DNA of 26,327 nt from an uncultured Rhodospirillaceae bacterium (GTDB lineage Bacteria > Pseudomonadota > Alphaproteobacteria > Rhodospirillales > Magnetospirillaceae): NCBI GenBank assembly GCA_964577475.1, contig CAZNZI010000018.1, positions 1 to 26,327 of the forward strand, written 5' to 3'. The position numbers were made by a program, and so were the translations under genes. Within the stretch, counting starts at the first letter, position 1. The number at the start of each line of letters is the position of its first letter. Shown in pieces: positions 23,532 to 26,327 of this stretch. The notes beneath the pieces are model-generated. The model was not told where the DNA came from. It saw only the letters and a program-made list of their open reading frames with translations, and ran no database searches.

Positions 23532-24421
23532 GCCGCGCACAGATCGTCATCGGCGCCATCGGCATTCTCGTCCTCGCGATCCTGGTCACCTCGACCTTCT
23601 TCATCGTCAACCAGGCCGAGAAGGTGCTGGTGCTGCGTTTCGGCGCGATCCGCCAGACGATCGACGCGCCGGGCCTGCATGTGAAGGTGCCCTTCCTCGA
23701 CCAGGTCGCGCGCTTCGACGCGCGGCTGCTCGACGTCGATCCGCCGCCGGAAGAGGTGATCCTGGGCGACCAGAAGCGCGTGGTAGTGGACACCTATACG
23801 CGCTACCGCATCAGCGATCCGCTTCAGTTCTATCAGTCGGTCCATAACGAAGACGGCGTGGCCGCGCGGCTGCGCGAGATCGTCAACAATGCGCTGCGCA
23901 AGGTGTTGGGGACGGCGACGCTGCCATCCGTCCTTTCGCCCGAGCGCGAAGAGATCATGCACAAGATCCAGCAGCAGGTGAACGAAGCGGCGAAACCGTT
24001 TGGGATCGCCGTGGTGGATGTGCGCATCCGCCGCGCCGACCTGCCGCCCGAGACCAGCCAGGCGATTTTCCGCCGCATGCAGTCCGAGCGGCAGCGCGAA
24101 GCCGCCGAGGCGCGTGCCGAAGGCCAGCAGCGTGCCCAGGAGATCAAGGCCGGCGCCGACCGTGACCGGACTGTGATCTTGGCCGAAGCGCAGAAGCAGG
24201 CCGAGATCCTGCACGGCGAAGGCGAGGCCGAGGCTTCGACCATTTATGCCCAGGCCTTCAGCCAGGACCCGCAATTCTTCGGCTTCTACCGGTCGATGCA
24301 GGCCTATCGCAAATCCCTGGGCAGCAGCGACACGACATACCTGCTGACGCCCGACGCGGATTTCCTGAAATATCTGGGAAAAGCCCCGCCAGCGGCACAG
24401 CAACCTCCTGGGGGCCAGTGA
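23528..24421 (+). CDS. hflC: FtsH protease activity modulator HflC, 297 aa
   Basis: ATGA overlap with hflK; VLRFG, PGLHVKVPF, RISDPLQFY, VDVRIRRADLP, RMQSERQREA, DPQFFGFYRSMQAY. Confidence 0.95.
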   Translation: MSRAQIVIGAIGILVLAILVTSTFFIVNQAEKVLVLRFGAIRQTIDAPGLHVKVPFLDQVARFDARLLDVDPPPEEVILGDQKRVVVDTYTRYRISDPLQFYQSVHNEDGVAARLREIVNNALRKVLGTATLPSVLSPEREEIMHKIQQQVNEAAKPFGIAVVDVRIRRADLPPETSQAIFRRMQSERQREAAEARAEGQQRAQEIKAGADRDRTVILAEAQKQAEILHGEGEAEASTIYAQAFSQDPQFFGFYRSMQAYRKSLGSSDTTYLLTPDADFLKYLGKAPPAAQQPPGGQ

Positions 24422-24605
24422 GGCGCCCCACGCCAGCGCTTGTTTTGCCCCATTCCGATCATCCCGACCCTGCCATAGTCACGCCTCAAGTGATCCGTAC
24501 TGCTTGCCGTTCACGTATTTATTCATGTCATACTGGTTCCCATATCCGGTTCCCGAAGCTCGTTTTGGCCCCCGCCCTATCGCCCTATCTGGAGTGCGTC
24601 TCGTG

Positions 24606-26147
24606 ATGGTCTCCCGTTCTGCCGTCCCTTCGCTGCAGCGCGCGTCGCGGCGCCTGGCTGCGCGTCTGTTCTCGGCCGCCGTTGCCGGCGCGGCCCTGGT
24701 TTGGGCCGCCGCCGCGCCCCATTCCGCTTTGGCGGCGGGGGGACCGGGTCCCGACGGTTTCGCCGATCTGGCGGCCAAGCTTCTGCCGGCGGTGGTCAAT
24801 GTCTCCACCACGCAGACCTTGAAGAAAGAGAGCATGCCGGAGATGCCCGAATTCCCGCCGGGCTCGCCCTTCGACGAATTCTTCAAGAACTTCATGGAAA
24901 AGCAGAAGGGCCAGGACAGCGCGCCCCGCAAGGTGACCGCGCTCGGCTCGGGCTTCATCATCGATCCGTCGGGCCTGATCGTGACCAACAACCACGTGAT
25001 CGACGAAGCGGACCAGATCACCGTGATCCTTCATGACGAGCAGGCCTTCAAGGCCAAGCTGATCGGCCGCGACACCAAGGCCGACCTGGCGCTGTTGAAG
25101 ATCGAATCGCCGACCAAGCTGCCCTTCGTGCAGTTCGGCGATTCCGACGCGATGCGCGTCGGCGACTGGGTGATCGCGATCGGCAATCCGTTCGGCCTGG
25201 GGGGCACCGTGACCGCGGGCATCGTGTCGGCCCGCGCGCGCGACATCAACGCCGGCCCCTATGACGACTTCATCCAGACCGACGCCTCGATCAACAAGGG
25301 CAATTCGGGCGGGCCACTCTTCAACATGAAGGGCGAAGTGATCGGCATCAACACGGCCATCTTCTCGCCCTCGGGCGGCTCGATCGGCATCGGCTTCTCG
25401 ATTCCCTCGAACGAAGCGAAGCCGGTGCTGGCCGACCTCCAGAAATTCGGCAAGACGCGGCGCGGCTGGCTGGGCGTGCGCATCCAGTCCGTCACGCCCG
25501 ACATCGCCGAAAGCCTGGGCCTGAAGGAACAGAAGGGTGCACTGATCGCGGGCGTGACGCCCAACGGCCCCGCCGAGAAGGCGGGCATCAAGACGGGCGA
25601 CGTGGTGCTCTCCTTCGACGGCAAGACGGTCGACGACATGAAGCATCTGCCGCGCATCGTGGCCGAGACCGGCATCGACAAGACGGTCGACGTGCAGGTC
25701 TGGCGCGACGGCAAGACGGTGACGATCAAGACGAAGGTCGGCGAACTGCCCGACGACGAGCAGCAGGCCGACAACAAGGACAAGGATAAGAAAGAGAAGG
25801 GCAGCAAGGGCGACACGAGCCAGGCCGACGTGTCGGCTTTCGGCTTCGCGGTCGCGGCGATCAGCAAGGATCTGCGCGAGCGCTATGACCTGCCCGCCGA
25901 CGCCAAGGGCGTCGTGGTCACCGAGGTGAAGCCCAACGGCACCGCCGCCGAGAAAGGCCTGCGCGCCGGCGACCTGGTGCTCGAAGCGATGCAGGAAGCG
26001 ATCAAGTCGCCCAACGATCTGGTCGACAAGGTCAACGCCGCGAAGAAGAGCGGCCGCAAATCGGTGCTGCTGCTGGTGCAGAACGACGCGGGGCTGCACT
26101 TCGTGCCGCTGCGCTTCGGCGGCCCGGACAGCGAAAGCGAGCGGTAA
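24606..26147 (+). CDS. degP: Do/DegP-family periplasmic serine endoprotease with two PDZ domains, about 513 aa (alternative GTG 24603)
   Basis: LPAVVNVST, GSGFII, catalytic TNNHV, DLALLK, IAIGNPFGL, QTDASINKGNSGGPL, RGWLGV, two PDZ segments; SD GGAG at 24591-24594. Confidence 0.93.
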   Translation: MVSRSAVPSLQRASRRLAARLFSAAVAGAALVWAAAAPHSALAAGGPGPDGFADLAAKLLPAVVNVSTTQTLKKESMPEMPEFPPGSPFDEFFKNFMEKQKGQDSAPRKVTALGSGFIIDPSGLIVTNNHVIDEADQITVILHDEQAFKAKLIGRDTKADLALLKIESPTKLPFVQFGDSDAMRVGDWVIAIGNPFGLGGTVTAGIVSARARDINAGPYDDFIQTDASINKGNSGGPLFNMKGEVIGINTAIFSPSGGSIGIGFSIPSNEAKPVLADLQKFGKTRRGWLGVRIQSVTPDIAESLGLKEQKGALIAGVTPNGPAEKAGIKTGDVVLSFDGKTVDDMKHLPRIVAETGIDKTVDVQVWRDGKTVTIKTKVGELPDDEQQADNKDKDKKEKGSKGDTSQADVSAFGFAVAAISKDLRERYDLPADAKGVVVTEVKPNGTAAEKGLRAGDLVLEAMQEAIKSPNDLVDKVNAAKKSGRKSVLLLVQNDAGLHFVPLRFGGPDSESER

Positions 26148-26154
26148 CGCTACT

Positions 26155-26241
26155 ACCCCTCACCCAACCCTCTCCCGCAAGGGGAGAGGGCTTAGGTGTA
26201 CGTCCCCTCTCCCCTTGCGGGAGAGGGACAGGGTGAGGGGT
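26155..26241. repeat. REP-like doublet (CCCCTCACCC..CCTCTCCCGCAAGGGGAGAGGG type), uninterrupted copy
   Basis: Inverted arms around the spacer cttaggtgtacgtc; core arms identical to 6937-7007; between convergent degP and serB. Confidence 0.88.
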
Positions 26242-26267
26242 CGGACAGACGCCTCTTAGAATCTCGC

Positions 26268-26327
26268 TTATTTCCCCACGAACTCTTCGCGCTTGTAGCC
26301 CTGGGCGAACAGGAGCGCGGTCAGGTC
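26268..26327 (-). CDS. serB: 3' end of phosphoserine phosphatase (partial, continues beyond the window)
   Basis: Minus strand reads DLTALLFAQGYKREEFVGK-TAA, matching the DLTALL.xQGY C-terminus I recall for alphaproteobacterial SerB; serB convergent on degP is a familiar synteny. Only 19 residues are visible. Confidence 0.7.
   Translation of the reverse strand, partial: DLTALLFAQGYKREEFVGK

Noticed and set aside
14180-26327. Clustering of heat-shock, RNA-quality and protease genes as a new system
   Set aside because: hrcA-grpE / rph-rdgB-hemW and mrp / hflKC-degP / serB are familiar conserved alphaproteobacterial gene blocks.

Overview
GC-rich bacterial chromosome segment. Gene content and order point to an Alphaproteobacterium, plausibly Rhodospirillales-like (inference from hrcA-grpE / rph-rdgB-hemW and mrp / hflK-hflC-degP / serB synteny and the MCP type). 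Most of it is recognisable housekeeping DNA: a MetE-like protein, OpgC plus an SGNH esterase, pncA, yccA, ybbAP-tesA-thpR, hrcA-grpE, rph-rdgB-hemW, an MCP, DUF983, mrp, hflKC-degP and the 3' end of serB. I found no rRNA, tRNA, CRISPR array, transposase, integrase or recognisable defence gene. Observations most worth following up: (1) six REP-like intergenic palindromes from four sequence families, four of which carry extra hairpin cassettes inserted in an arm; one family is present both filled and empty, and one hairpin motif recurs in two elements 7 kb apart; (2) an apparent in-frame fusion of a CoA-binding (YccU-like) domain to O-acetylhomoserine sulfhydrylase; (3) five helically phased CGRCA boxes upstream of the chemoreceptor; (4) a tandem lipoprotein paralog pair whose second copy has an in-frame TAG; (5) a MetE-like protein whose usual Zn-ligand Glu appears to be Pro; (6) leaderless-type promoters at four genes. 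Family assignments come from remembered motifs read by eye, not from database searches, and none of these findings is shown to be novel.
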